Source: Botryllus schlosseri
Lineage: Eukaryota
DNA length: 64,000 bases
Assembly (NCBI GenBank): GCA_051294905.1
Contig: CM119372.1
Coordinates: forward strand, 21,020,001 to 21,084,000
Direction of reading: 5' to 3'
The notes beneath the pieces are model-generated. The model saw only the letters and a program-made list of their open reading frames with translations. It made no database searches and was not told where the DNA came from. Position numbers and translations under genes: made by a program. Positions 49,853 through 62,470 of the stretch are shown here, piece after piece. Within the stretch, counting starts at the first letter, position 1. Each line of letters starts with the position of its first letter.

Positions 49853-51021
49853 CAGCGGTTCTCAACCGGGGGTCCACGAAGCATTTTCAGGGGGTCCGCG
49901 AAGCCTCTGAATTTACAAGATCATTTTTAACCGAATTTGAATTTTGTTAAATTAGGAAAATTACGAGGCAGTTTTTGTTTATTAGCAGTAGAACTCACAT
50001 CAACAGAATGACCGTCAAAGATGAAATATCCGGCTTGGCAGACTCATTTTAGCTACAAATTGCCATTATCCTACTGATACAAATATATTGCTGTTTTGTT
50101 GGGGATTGTGTAAAAAATAAATAGTGGCATTAGTAAGGTCAATCACCGACACTTGGATATGTTTGCAAAAATCCATTTTCTCCTGTGATATACATAACCA
50201 CTTTTCCATAATAACTTGAAGATTGGCTGCTAGATGGAAATGATCAGGCTTGACGTTAAATGCTCAATAAAAAATTGTTTGGTGCCATAATTGGTGCGAT
50301 CATGCCCAATTTTGTCGTCGGAAGCGTTACCCGTTATTATTACATTCGTCACAATACCACCTTTCTTTGTCTAAATCTGTGGTTCTCAAACTGGGGGGTG
50401 GGGGCGCACCTCCTTTGGGGGGCGTGAAAGAATCTGAAGGAAGGAACAAAGATGTGGTCAACTGATAAATATTTACATGCTTTGCGCGATTTACCTGCAG
50501 CTCGTTGTTGATGCTATGTGTTTAGCCCGAATTTCATATTGAAGAATTCTCTCATCAACAAGCATAACCATCCATGTAATCAAACTATCCATTGGGTTTG
50601 CTAGCATTCTGGTTTCATTTTGTGTTATGACAATAAGGGGGCGCGAAATTTATCACTATCGTAAAGGGGGGCGTATCTCAAAAAAACTTGAGAACCACTG
50701 GTCTAAATGGATTTTCAGCATTCGTTCATATCAAATCGAAGGTGCGGATTTTCAAGGCACGACCACGTATTTTAAGAAATGCAGGTGCAGAATGTGCTTT
50801 GAAATAATAAAAGTCAACCCAATTTCTGCATGAATAGGATGTCATTTTGAAGAAAGGTCATATTGTTGCTGTTTATCACTAGCCCTAAACTTATCAATTG
50901 CACAAGACAGATGATGATTGTGCGAATATTGAGCTAAATTTGATCTAAAACGTCTTGGGTCCGCGGGGGTCCGTGACGGCCCAAAAGGGGTCCGCGAAGA
51001 CAAAAAGGTTGAGAACCACTG
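49853..51021. mobile_element. hAT-type MITE with nested MITE at 50377-50700
   Basis: CAGCGGTTCTCAACC/GGTTGAGAACCACTG; inner element has perfect TSD GTCTAAAT. Confidence 0.85.
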
Positions 51022-52022
51022 CGCCGCTCTGTGTCTATCATGAACTTGCGTCCTCGTATATTATTAAGAATTAGCAATGTGACATCGTTGGTTAGCGTTC
51101 TCTTCGCAACCAACTTTTTATAAGTTTCTATTTCACACGAGCTCCACCCACATGCGGGTTCGCACCATATCTTGCATGGCCTTAAATTGCACTGCTTCAT
51201 ACGAGTGACATTCTAATAATTGTGTCCTGATGCATCATACCCGGAATGGCTGATTTGACGTTGTAAACAACTTCGATTCAAACCTTTGTTTCTAAGATTC
51301 AAAACGCATATTATATAAATTGCAGACTACGGCAGACCTGGGCAATGTGCGACCCGCGACGTGATTTTGAGCGGTCCGCGACAAGTTGCCTGGAATTCAG
51401 AACATAAAACCTACTTTTGAATGCTAATTCGAGGACTAAAATTGTAGCTTGTATAAACTGAACCGGACATTCGTTCACTATATGAGCCTGTTTATTTATT
51501 TGCCGCAATCACGTGCCCTACATGTCGCACATTGTACGCGTAATCCTGATTCGAAATAACGCCAATGTAGCAAAGTGTGATGTAACAAAAAGTCCCTATA
51601 GTTTCGTACAAACCTTCTTTGTGGCCATCGTCGCATTTACGCACTCTGTGCTTCAAATCGTTACGTGATACGTTTCAAAATTCCTACTTCGTAAAACAAG
51701 TCCATCAGTGCTGGTGATTAAACGATGAACGGGCGGGCATGCCAAAAAAGAAAGGTACGGGCCGACGGCCAAAATTTCAAGAAGATTCACAGCGGCGGCA
51801 GCAGCAGCAGCGGGCGAACCCGTCCTTTTGGTTTGTGGCGACCAGGTCGTTGTGGAGTATAATGTAGGTCGGTATTATGGAAAAAATGCGAAGACTGACA
51901 CTCAGCTAAGGAAGGGCGAATTTTGGAAGTACTGGTAGTTTCCATCAACAACAAAGGCTATTTCACCAAGCTGCACCCTGCTCAGGAGGCAGCGACCAAG
52001 ACAAGCTTTGTTGTATCCTAAA

Positions 52023-53589
52023 CAGAGTTGGAATAATTACATTATTTGAGTTCAATTACAATTACAATTACAATTACTTTCATGCATGTTTCAATTACAT
52101 TACAATTACAATTACTCCATGCTAAAAATATCAAATTACAATTACAATTACAATTACTCCTTGCGTGCTTCAATTACATTACAATTACAATTACAATTGC
52201 TGCTGTTGAACATGTAATTGAATAATCATAAATTCAACCGTGCTCCTTGACAACCGTAGCGTCGTATTTAACAACAATTCAAGTCTAGTTCAGATTGTGT
52301 AGTACTAAATGCGTTTATGTGCGTACATAGTATGCTATGTAAGATGTCATGGTGACGTAATATAAGCGTGTTTTGTATGCTCGGTAATTATGGCTCACGT
52401 AATTGGAAATGTAAAATGTTATTTACCTAATTTCCTATGGGTTAGGATTAAGGATAGGGTGCAGTATGTCGTTGAAAAAGTATTATAATATATGCACGTG
52501 TTGGATTTGCGTATATAGTATATAATTAAAGAAATTATATTATTTTTATCGAGGGACGTAGGAATTAGGATGAGGAGTAAAAACAAAACCGTGCTTTGTC
52601 AGATAAGACGATATATAATATCCAGTGGTCTGGTTAGTTAGCCAGACGAAGTAACGATGCAGCATCGTGATCTGAAATCGTATTGTAGATTGCCAACCCA
52701 CGGATAGACGCGCAAGATGTGAGTCACGGATGAATGCACCAACAAACGTACTGCAGAGCCGGCTAAAAGCAGCAAACTTTGTAGTCCTAGAGCTGGCGAT
52801 CCATGCGTCCAAATTTGATGCATCTGGTCTTTATCGCAAGCTATTGATGTACTAATTCCGAAAATACAAAATAAAATCTCGTCAGGGCAATGTAACTGCT
52901 CCAAAATAGCCGTTTAAGGCCGACTGTCCTGAAAAGTGAGAACGCTGCAGCAGCATGACCACAACAATTACCAATTACGCCCAGCGATTGTTCAGAACAA
53001 TGCCGATTCCCAGACTTTCACGACTATTTTTGGATGGTACCATTGCCTGGAAATATAATTTTATTGCGGAATCAGTGCGACACTAGCTTTCGATTAGGAC
53101 CATACATATCAAACTTCGACGCTTGGATCGCCAGCTATGGGACTATCAATTCTGTTGCTTTTAGCCGGCTCAGCAGTTCGCTTCTCGGCGTATTCAATCG
53201 TGAGTCACGTGTTGCGAATCCATCCGTTGGTTAGTAATCTAAAAATTGTATACAATGGCAGCCGAGGCCAGCATTGCGGTAAAAATATTTAAAAAAACTT
53301 CGCCAGCAAGGGCGCAGTCAAGGGCTTCCGCGAATGGATCCACCAAATTCCTTGTCGACATTTAAAGAGAATGCATTATAAGTCAATTATTTTATGTTGT
53401 GCCTGTCTAGTCTCAATAGCAATTTAATGTAATTGAAATTGTAATTGAGCAAAATTTTCGTCAAATTACAATTACAATTACAATTACACAAAATAAAAAT
53501 GCTGTAATTACAATTACATTACAATTACATTGAAAAATGTAATTAAATACATTCAATTACAATTACAAATTACAATTGATCCAACTCTG
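52023..53589. mobile_element. Second (AATTAC)n-array hAT element, opposite orientation to 22261-23902
   Basis: TIR CAGAGTTGGA/TCCAACTCTG; perfect TSD ATCCTAAA; internal ~135-bp inverted repeat at ~52687-52820 / ~53108-53240. Confidence 0.9.
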
Positions 53590-54674
53590 ATCCTAAATAC
53601 ATTTTGATGTCTTTATATAACATGGTGTCCATCGGTTAAAAAGAGCTTTAAATGTATCACGTTTTAGTCACCATCGTTTTGAATTATGACGACAACTAAA
53701 TATTATTTTTTGATAATCAACCGTCGCTTTTCCATTGCCCAATATCAAAACTTCCACTGAGCAGCATGTATTAGCAACGTAGGCTAATTCACTGCTTTCA
53801 ATACAAATACAATTAATAACCCGCAGAATAAAGTTTTAGACACGGCCCGCCAGCGTATTTCTGCTTTTCATATGGCCCCCGGAGGAAATTAATCCCCCAT
53901 ACCTCCGGAACACAGCATGGCCTTATAAGTGAAAATCAAATTTCCTTATAACTTCATCCCTCGGCGAACTTTTCATCGATGCTTGATCTTAAGCTGATAC
54001 CAGATCTCGTACCGACAAGAAAATATTTCTGCGGTAAAAGAGAAGGCTAACAGCTATATGCATTCACCAATTACATTTAACTCAGAGATGTTTTCGGTTA
54101 ATCCGAGGTCCGGTATCAGTCAATATCAAGCATCGGGATATAATACATGGATGGTAAGACGCAATGATTGCGTTTAAAATCAAAATAAATTAGGACTCTT
54201 TCATTGCTGAAGAGTTGGATGTTTCAGTATAAATCAAACTCATCGTGATTTCAAGAGTACAGCATTTCTCTCAGAAAGCTACTCGTCCTCCAGTTTAAGA
54301 ACCATTGTTCTAGGTGTTTACGCTATCCCTGTTTTATCACTGCATATCAATTTAAATAGACAGTACCGAATTAGCGTGCTTGGCGTGATCACAACCATCA
54401 CAAGGCGTAGAGGCGTTGAGAAAACCGATGACGGGATGTAGAATAAATAAAACATGATATGCTCTTAAAGATAAAATACAATAAGTTGCACATCGAGGAT
54501 ACGTGTCATAATATTATACTTCGACCGCTTTGAAGAACATATAGCATAGATGAAAATAAAACGCTCACAAAAACCAGTAATAATGGGGAAGAAAAATATA
54601 AAAATTAAGAGTCGAAACTACGTTGGTGTAAAATAAAACTCTGCGGCTTAAAACTTGATGGATAATATAGTTAC

Positions 54675-54891
54675 CACGTATGTAAATGTGGCGATTGGGC
54701 AATCCAATTTTGACAGGTACGTCCGTTTTCAGTGGTAGAGATATATCCCCTATAACTGCTTCCTTTGTCGGCAGCGTCGTAACATTCAATTGCAGGAGGC
54801 ATTGATAACGATATAGTATTAGTCATGGACGTTTCAAAATCCGGAAAATCTGACGGTGGCGTTGTTTCGCTTTCAGGCGAAGTGGTTTCGT
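54675..54891 (-). CDS. Exon: Ser/Thr/Pro linker plus first half of kringle C
   Basis: catacag|AC GAA ... ACG TG|gtaact; DETTSPESETTPPSDFPDFET...IECYDAADKGSSYRGYISTTENGRTCQNWIAQSPHLHT; paralogous to 58996-59308. Confidence 0.93.
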
Positions 54892-56659
54892 CTGTATGCA
54901 AAATATCAGTGTTCAACTCTCATTGACAAAATATACCGTTCGGTTTATAACAGACGTTGCACTAAAAACATATATTTGTGAAATTAAATAGTAACAGTCT
55001 CAATCCAAAAGTAAAATATAATTGTCTATAATGTGAAATAAGTTCGAGTTCGCAATGATGATGCGGATTTATTCTACCATACTAAATACTATGGTACAGT
55101 TTATCACTAAACAATATGTAGAGATTCAACTTTTGCAACTTTATTTTACAGCTTCCAGCAGGTTCCCAAATACTTAAGTTATGTGGTATGGTGTTTTAAG
55201 CTATTGGAGGAATCTTATATTGCAACTTTTCGCAACTTTTTTTCATTTTTTCATGCAATTAACTTTATGCCACTTTTTCGATTTTTCAACGTTTCAGGAA
55301 TTCCAACACGCAAGTTTTCACGGTCTTGACTGCAACAAAACTTGCCCTATAATTACCCCTTTATCCCTGCGACCTAAAATTGTGTTCTTCTGAAATCTCA
55401 TAGTGATAAACAAATTTCATAGCTTTCTTGGTTATTAAGTAATACCCGGCTTTTCTCGTGCCTAAAATCAGTTCGAATATATTAACTAAAACTACAGGGA
55501 CCCGCTGCAACTTAATTGTTGGTCGAGTCTACTCCGGCCTGGGACATTGCTGTTTGGTGTCGCACAATTGGTTAAATCCTGGCTCGATGATGGTGAGGAC
55601 ACAACTCCTATCGTGTTCTGGCTGGTGGTCGTGGTGAACAGATTTTGGCTAGACAAATGCGAGGGCCGAGAATGTACATGTTCCATCGTGGCATGTTATT
55701 ATAAAGGCACCAACCACTTCAGTGGCCCCGAAATATGTCATCGCCTATTATCCCAATCAAATCCTCCTCGAAATTTGAGACAGATATTTTGAATATAATT
55801 CCAAAAATTCATACATGGCAAAAGACAAATGGCATCCTGTCACCAAACTGGATGTCTTCCCGTAGCTTTTTCAAATTACAGACGATGTTACCTTCAAATT
55901 AACATTTGGTGCCATAAATGTATTCGCAAGCCTTTACCAGTCTACAGTACGTAAATCGTATTGACTCATATATTTTATCAATCTAACAGAATAATCAACT
56001 GTTTTGCAGCATCTCCTTCCTTTTTGCGAGATAGAACGACGTCTTGCGAAACGCATTTCCAGTGCATATGCAAAATGGACATTACGGAGGCTTTGCGGTG
56101 CCAACAAGCTATAAGTATGCCTACTTCAACGTCAACAGATTTTACTCTGAAAATGCGCAGTGTGCACCATGTTCGGTGACATAGCCTACCTGTTTCTGAA
56201 AGAGTTTTTTCAATCAGAGACTATGCACAGTATAGATTCTCCGAAATATAGGAATACCTATCCCAATAAGGAGCCTTATTAACCAATATATTGTTGCAAT
56301 AATATTTTGGTGAATATCATCCTGTATGTATACTATACTATAACCAGCAAACACTTGTACGTTGGGTCTCAAGTTATCATTATTAGTAGGCCTAGTATTA
56401 TAAAATAAGCAAGATGGCAGTTCTCCCCGCGAACGGTCTGGTGCTCGACGTGGAAGATTTTTAGGCAATAATTTCAAAGGGACACTGCGCTCTAAATAAG
56501 TTTTGGTCTCAAATTAATGTTGAGGGTGTTGAAAATATTTTCCTCAGAAAGCCAACCAGTGGATATTACCTGCAGCTGAAAGAGAGATCATTCGACTCAT
56601 CCTAGTGGTGCCAGGTTATTAGGCGACGGAATTTCGGCTCATGGATGCTGGATATAGAC

Positions 56660-57524
56660 CAGGGGCGGGCAACATACGGCCCGCGGGCCCGATCCGGCCC
56701 GCGGACAGTTTTGCCGTCTTACATGACAATGCGGCCCGCGGTCCCAGTCTTCCGAGATTCCCCACTATACTTGCTTACACACGTCAAATGTTAGGGACTC
56801 TATGTTATTATACACATGTATGCGCAGCGAGCGAGGGCGGAGCTTACGCGTTAGTTCATCGAAGCGAGAAGACTTGCATTATCGGCCTTTACGATGTATA
56901 CTCAACCCTAATGTCATTTGTGATAATCATGGTGTTTGTCGACTATAATGGTAATTTACACTAGGTCGATATTTCCTATTTTTTTATTCCGTAACCGTCG
57001 ACTTGTAGCACGGCACACTTCTAGGCTTTGTAAGATACCGCATATGCAAGAGTTCGCCAACTCAAAACGGGTCGTGGGCCACTTTCAAATTTCGTAAGAG
57101 GCCGCGGGCCACATGAATTCAATATCGGGATAAAATAGGCCACACAGCTGAACAACCACGATATCTCGTCACCTACTAAACCCGAATGAATTGATATCTT
57201 GGTAAATTTGGGGTACCGGGCCTATCGAACGCCTTGAACTCTTAATTAGGGATTGCACCGTGTGGATTGATTAGAGAGAAGCATACACGGCGGTGCCTGT
57301 ACGACGATGCTGTTCTCAAATCCACATTGTCTTCGTCATTATTGGCGAGAAATGGCTTTGAAGTTACATTGCTGTCGGTAAAATACATTCATTAAATACG
57401 ATTTATTCCCTGTATTTGTGGATAAATGGGCGAATAATGTAGCCTGTCGCTTCAGCAATCCGGCCCGCCAATGACCTAATTTTCCTATATTCGGCCCGCC
57501 GACTTCAGAAGTTGCCCGCCCTTG
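56660..57524. mobile_element. hAT-type MITE
   Basis: CAGGGGCGGGCAAC/GTTGCCCGCCCTTG; degenerate TSD ATATAGAC. Confidence 0.8.
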
Positions 57525-58119
57525 ATATTATAGACTTAGTCGTGTGGCATGAACATGAACAATGAGCATATACATATGTCTCAATATGTACTGTGCAAAT
57601 ACGTCGCTAGATTTTTGAAGTCCCTACCTCCATCAGCCCTACCACTAAATCTGATCACGTAGGCTGATAGTGGATACAAAATTAATAGCAATATATGCAA
57701 GTACCCATATTATTGACAAAATTCATTTATAACCTTCGAAGAATTTCTGCGTTTCTCGCGACTAGAATACGTATGCGTAGTGTGGCGATAAAAAGTCTTG
57801 TATTCGCCGTTACCTATTCTGACTCGTTTGTGGATCGCAAAATACGCGACACGGTAAGATTTTGCGTGCTTGCGAATCGTGTGTGTGATGGGTAGCGATA
57901 TAATGAACCGACTACGAATTCAAAGTGTGGTAATTGCTTTACGCAGGCCTTGATACCGTTGACTATGGAATCCACTCGTTGATCGTTTCTCTCCGATTTA
58001 GGTTCGTTTGCAACATAACATTGGAACTGCAACGTTTGTTTGTAATTTGGAATGTTTAGTTTAAATTTCCGATTATTAGAAGAACTTCGTTAGCACAATA
58101 ATACACTTATACTCGTAAC

Positions 58120-58256
58120 CTGAGCATGGAGATATCTTGCAGAACTCCCATCGAACAGCATGATTAGTCGTGTAGCACCACGGCCTTTGGTCTTCAGGGT
58201 TAGTATTTCGGCAATAGTTCTTCTCCAAGCCAGCCATAGGTAACTGTTCGGGAATC
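58120..58256 (-). CDS. Exon: second half of kringle B
   Basis: tttcgcag|G ... TCA G|gt; [45 protein letters not shown]; phase 2 to 1. Confidence 0.93.
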
Positions 58257-58995
58257 CTGCGAAACACAGCAGTTCAATGGACCGAAGAGACTGTTTTTTA
58301 ATTTATGATTAGGGCAAGGTGGGGAAAATGGGCCAAAAGACACACTTTTAGACATAAATTTATTTCGAACACAGAAATACAAATGAACATTAGCAAAACA
58401 ATAGATGAATATAAACGCATATTTTCAAAGTACAGCACCACTTGAGAAACTTGCCTTTATGTCCCCTTGTGCCCCATAGGCGAGGCACAATTGGACTGGC
58501 GGTGGGTTAACATGTGAGAGTATTAAAAGATTTAACACCTTATCAAATAGCAATAAACTGAGAAGTATTGCAGAAAAGGATGGATCAGCAGGTGTCCAGG
58601 ACCAGTTATAGTTTACACCACGATGTTTGTAATCGTAATATAACTACCGGCTTGCCGATCCACATTGATTATTATCGGGGGAGGTAACATCACCTTAATG
58701 CCCTCCATTTATTGATTGACACTTCAAGGGAAGTTTTCTAAGGGAATGATGGCGAAGATCTTGCTTCAGCACACTCTTCTTTTGATTTTCACATATCTTT
58801 TTTAATCTGCCTTTGGATATCAACGGGCCATCGTGTCACCGTCAAAATGGTGCCAATGTGTCCCATCCACTTCTTCTAAGCACCACGGTCAAATAAAATG
58901 GATTATAAATTTGTTTATCGATTCAAGCGCAACCCCTCGAAACTCTTTAACAACATCAAAGAAAATTCATCTAAATCGCCAAGACTTATTATTAC

Positions 58996-59308
58996 CATCT
59001 ATCATGAGCGTGTGGCGTTTGGGCCGACCAATTTTGGCAGGTATATCCGTTTTCAGTAGTAGAGATAAATCCCCTGTAACTCGTTCCGTTGTCGGCAGAG
59101 TCGTAGCATTCATTTTCAGGAAGCGTTGCTGTCGTTATAGTAGTTGTTGTTGTTGTTGTTGTTGTTGTTGTGGTGGTGGTGGTTGGGGTTGCTGTTGTTG
59201 TTATTGTTGTCGTTGTTGTTGTTTCAGTTGTCGGGGTTTCCAAATCCGGAAGATCTGTAGAGGATATTGACGCGGTAGTGGTTTTCGTCAACGGTGATGT
59301 GGTTTCGT
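58996..59308 (-). CDS. Exon: poly-Thr mucin-like linker plus first half of kringle B
   Basis: cattcag|AC GAA ... AGA TG|gtaata; DETTSPLTK...T-run...[42 protein letters not shown]; 313 nt, phase 1 to 2. Confidence 0.93.
59129..59231 (-). repeat. Coding (ACA/ACC)n trinucleotide repeat encoding poly-Thr
   Basis: gttgttgtt... run inside exon 58996-59308. Confidence 0.9.
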
Positions 59309-60238
59309 CTGAATGAGAATAAAGAACCATTATCTACAACATTTCACCGAATATGGTATAGCCTACACTACACCAAAACAGAGTAAAGACGCCGCAGTAG
59401 TCCATGACCAGGAATAGATACACAGGATGATACAAATCCTAACATGCAGCCCACAAGTTGGATTTGCTGCGACCTGCCAATTCTCTTCGCATACGTCAAG
59501 CCAGTCATTGAGATTCACGACAAAATCAGAAATTTACCATTCCCCGTTCGGCGTTAACACATTGCTACCGGTACTCGAGATATTACACGTGTGGCTTTCC
59601 AATCCCCTTTTACGGAGAAAGTACTTTCACAATAGATTTATCGCCGCACGCGAAGCACATATTTGACGCATATCACTTAAGCGGAGATGAATCTAAAAAC
59701 GGGACATATAACGGCACTCTTTTGTACCAATACAAAGCCGTTATATTACATACGTCCGAAGCTTTTGCGAACGTGCACGGGCGTCCTTGAATCGGCACTT
59801 TTTTCACAAAACCTTTTGTCAGACAGAGTCAGGAAGAGTGCACGGTTGATCATCTTTGAGGTGGATGAAAAAGCACATTTTATTATCTCAAATAGGAAGG
59901 GTTTGATAAAGCCTTGAATGGAGCTTGTAGCAATGTTTTTCTGATCTATTCACTGCTCACTTTGCTCACAGCGCTTATGCAGCTCACCTTAACGGAACCT
60001 CGTACCACAGCACGCACCGCCGAACCGTTCTTAACGAACCTGTTGAATGATTTATATCGAACGGATCAAGATTTTACATCTATATTACTCGTCAACATTT
60101 GTGCACTTGCACAGGCCTAAAATGCATCATATGGCTGATAATTTTATATGGGGCTTGTGTGATTATCTCTTACTACTATCTCTCTCTCTAATAGTTTCCC
60201 TAAACGCATGAGCGATCTCGTCTTCTTGTTGTTGTGAT

Positions 60239-61927
60239 CAGTGTTGCCAATTTAGCGATTTTGTCGCTAGATCTAGCGATTTTTCATTCGGTCAAGCGAC
60301 AAAAAATATCGATCTAGCGACTAGCGATAAATCTAGCGACTTTTGAAAAGTATTTAGCGATTTTCTAGCGATTTTTTTCACAAATATCTGATACCAATCA
60401 GTTTTGAGCAGCAAACATCATGGACGTTCACCATATCTTATGCACGCCACAGCGTCAGCACGCATCGCCGATTTGCATTCAGGTCGCGTGCATGGACATG
60501 AACGTCTGTACTGACTTTCTTGGTCATGGGAGCGAAGTTGGCCATCACTTTTCCAGCCATAAAAATCGCCAAATCCGCCAAGATCCTGGCCAATTGACCC
60601 CTAATACGAGCAATCACAATCATGCTCGTCCAATGAAATTTGCTATAGATTATACAAGGTCCGATATGCGAATTAATTCTTTACGCCCACGTCGGACGAA
60701 TGTGTAGGATTCCTTCCCTCCAAAACGGAAACCGCGAGCTACAAGATAACCGAGGAGAAAACTATTGTGCATCGGACCTACGTGAGCTGTAACAGTACTA
60801 ACACTGTTCGTACGAAGATCGAGATCATACGGGGAACGGGTTTAAATCGCCCTCCCCCAAATTGCTCGAATACAGAGTTTTATATCTGATTCACGTCAGA
60901 TAAATAAAATAATAAACGATTACGTCGCGTAGGCTACTTTTGATACTAACACAAAATGTAACAACACTCTGATACTCAAATAACCAAAAATGAAATCACG
61001 AGTTTCTATGCGTGCTGTCGGATAACACAAGAAGACTCTTAAATAGACTTTTGACAATAACTTTCTTCGAACCAAGCTCTATTCAGGATAATCACGCTAC
61101 TTATGCGGACAAATGTCATACGTGATAATTTATATAACATTGATCAGATGGATGGACACTTGGACAGGGATATAGAAATATGATTGGAAGGTCAGCCGCT
61201 GTAAGTAGCGATATATACTTAGCGGGTCGGCGCTCCTATTATTTTCTAAATTGCACGTCGCTACTTATAGTGGTCGGCGAACCCGGTGCGAGTCATGTCG
61301 TGTTCAAGTAGCCTATACTCCCACCCAGTTAAGCGAAGTTTAGCACTTTTCCCCAATTATCAGTATATCGCATCGCGTATTCACGGACGCATCGAGCAAG
61401 GCACATTTTCTATATCTAGGACGGTCAGCAGCAGTTTGTGTTACGCCTCTGTATAATGAGTGGTTATGACTGCAAACCTGGTCAGTGGTTACGCAGAGGG
61501 ATCTGGTTTGTTGAAATGTACCGCATAGTTCGTCCCGTTTTGAGATGACTGACAATCTGACATGAATTGTGCGTATTATGAACTCGAATTATGATACGGT
61601 TACCATATAGGTCCTCCTTTAGGAGGATTTGTCCTCCTTTTTCAGGAAATCGAAAATGTCTTCCGAGAACGCCTAAATGCCCTCCTCTTTGGTAATTCGT
61701 CATTCTTTATAGCTTTGACAGTCAGGTTAATGGACAGGCACAACTAAAAACGCCATAAATGACGCGAAATCTGCAATGCGGATGTACGTGTGGGTCTTTC
61801 AACAACTTTAGCAATTACTTCAGATTTAGCGACTTTTTCTAGCGATTTTGTTTCAAGATTTAGCGACATCTAGCGATTTTCGACACAAGTTTTAGCGATT
61901 TTTGTCCATCCGGAGTTGGCAACACTG
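60239..61927. mobile_element. hAT-type element with (TAGCGA)n subterminal arrays
   Basis: TIR CAGTGTTGCCAA/TTGGCAACACTG; GTTGTGAT on both sides, with 4 extra nt (CATG) on the right. Confidence 0.88.
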
Positions 61928-62336
61928 CATGGTTGTGATTGTGCGACGTGCGTGCACGTATGTATTAGCACCCACGTCTTGTGACTTGTTGGAGCAATAG
62001 GGATTAGGCTAGTCGATGCAACCGTTATTTTGTATTTCAGTTTGCTCATTTATTACGGTATTTAACCTATGAATAAATGCCAAGTTGCACAGGGCTATAC
62101 AAATACAGTTCCTACGTAGATTAGCACTTTAGCAGTCTTACATATGAGTGAGTGATGGATCGCCGTTTTATATAGGCCGACATAATGAACTCTGAATTCG
62201 TTACTCGATTCATAATAACTGCAGCGCCTGATGCTGTACTTCTATCATCTTTCAAAATGCAGTGACTTCGATCATGCCTCATACTTTGAAAATTCGACTG
62301 TACTTGACCTGAATCGTGTCAAAATGTGCTAGTAAC

Positions 62337-62470
62337 CTGGACATGGTGATATCTTGCAGTACGCCCACCGCACGTTTGGATTCGTCGTGTAACACCACGG
62401 CTTATCTTCAAAGTCGGGATTTCTGCAGTAGTTGTTCATCAATCCCGCTGCAGGAAATTTACCGGGAGTC
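62337..62470 (-). CDS. Exon: second half of kringle A of the minus-strand kringle-mucin-EGF gene
   Basis: tttcacag|G ... CCA G|gt; TPGKFPAAGLMNNYCRNPDFEDKPWCYTTNPNVRWAYCKISPCP with the kringle NYCRNPD/PWCYT/WxYC motifs; phase 2 to phase 1. First-half exon not found in the window. Confidence 0.93.

Noticed and set aside
58833..59270. 145-aa Cys-rich plus-strand ORF
   Set aside because: Antisense shadow of the poly-Thr/kringle exon.
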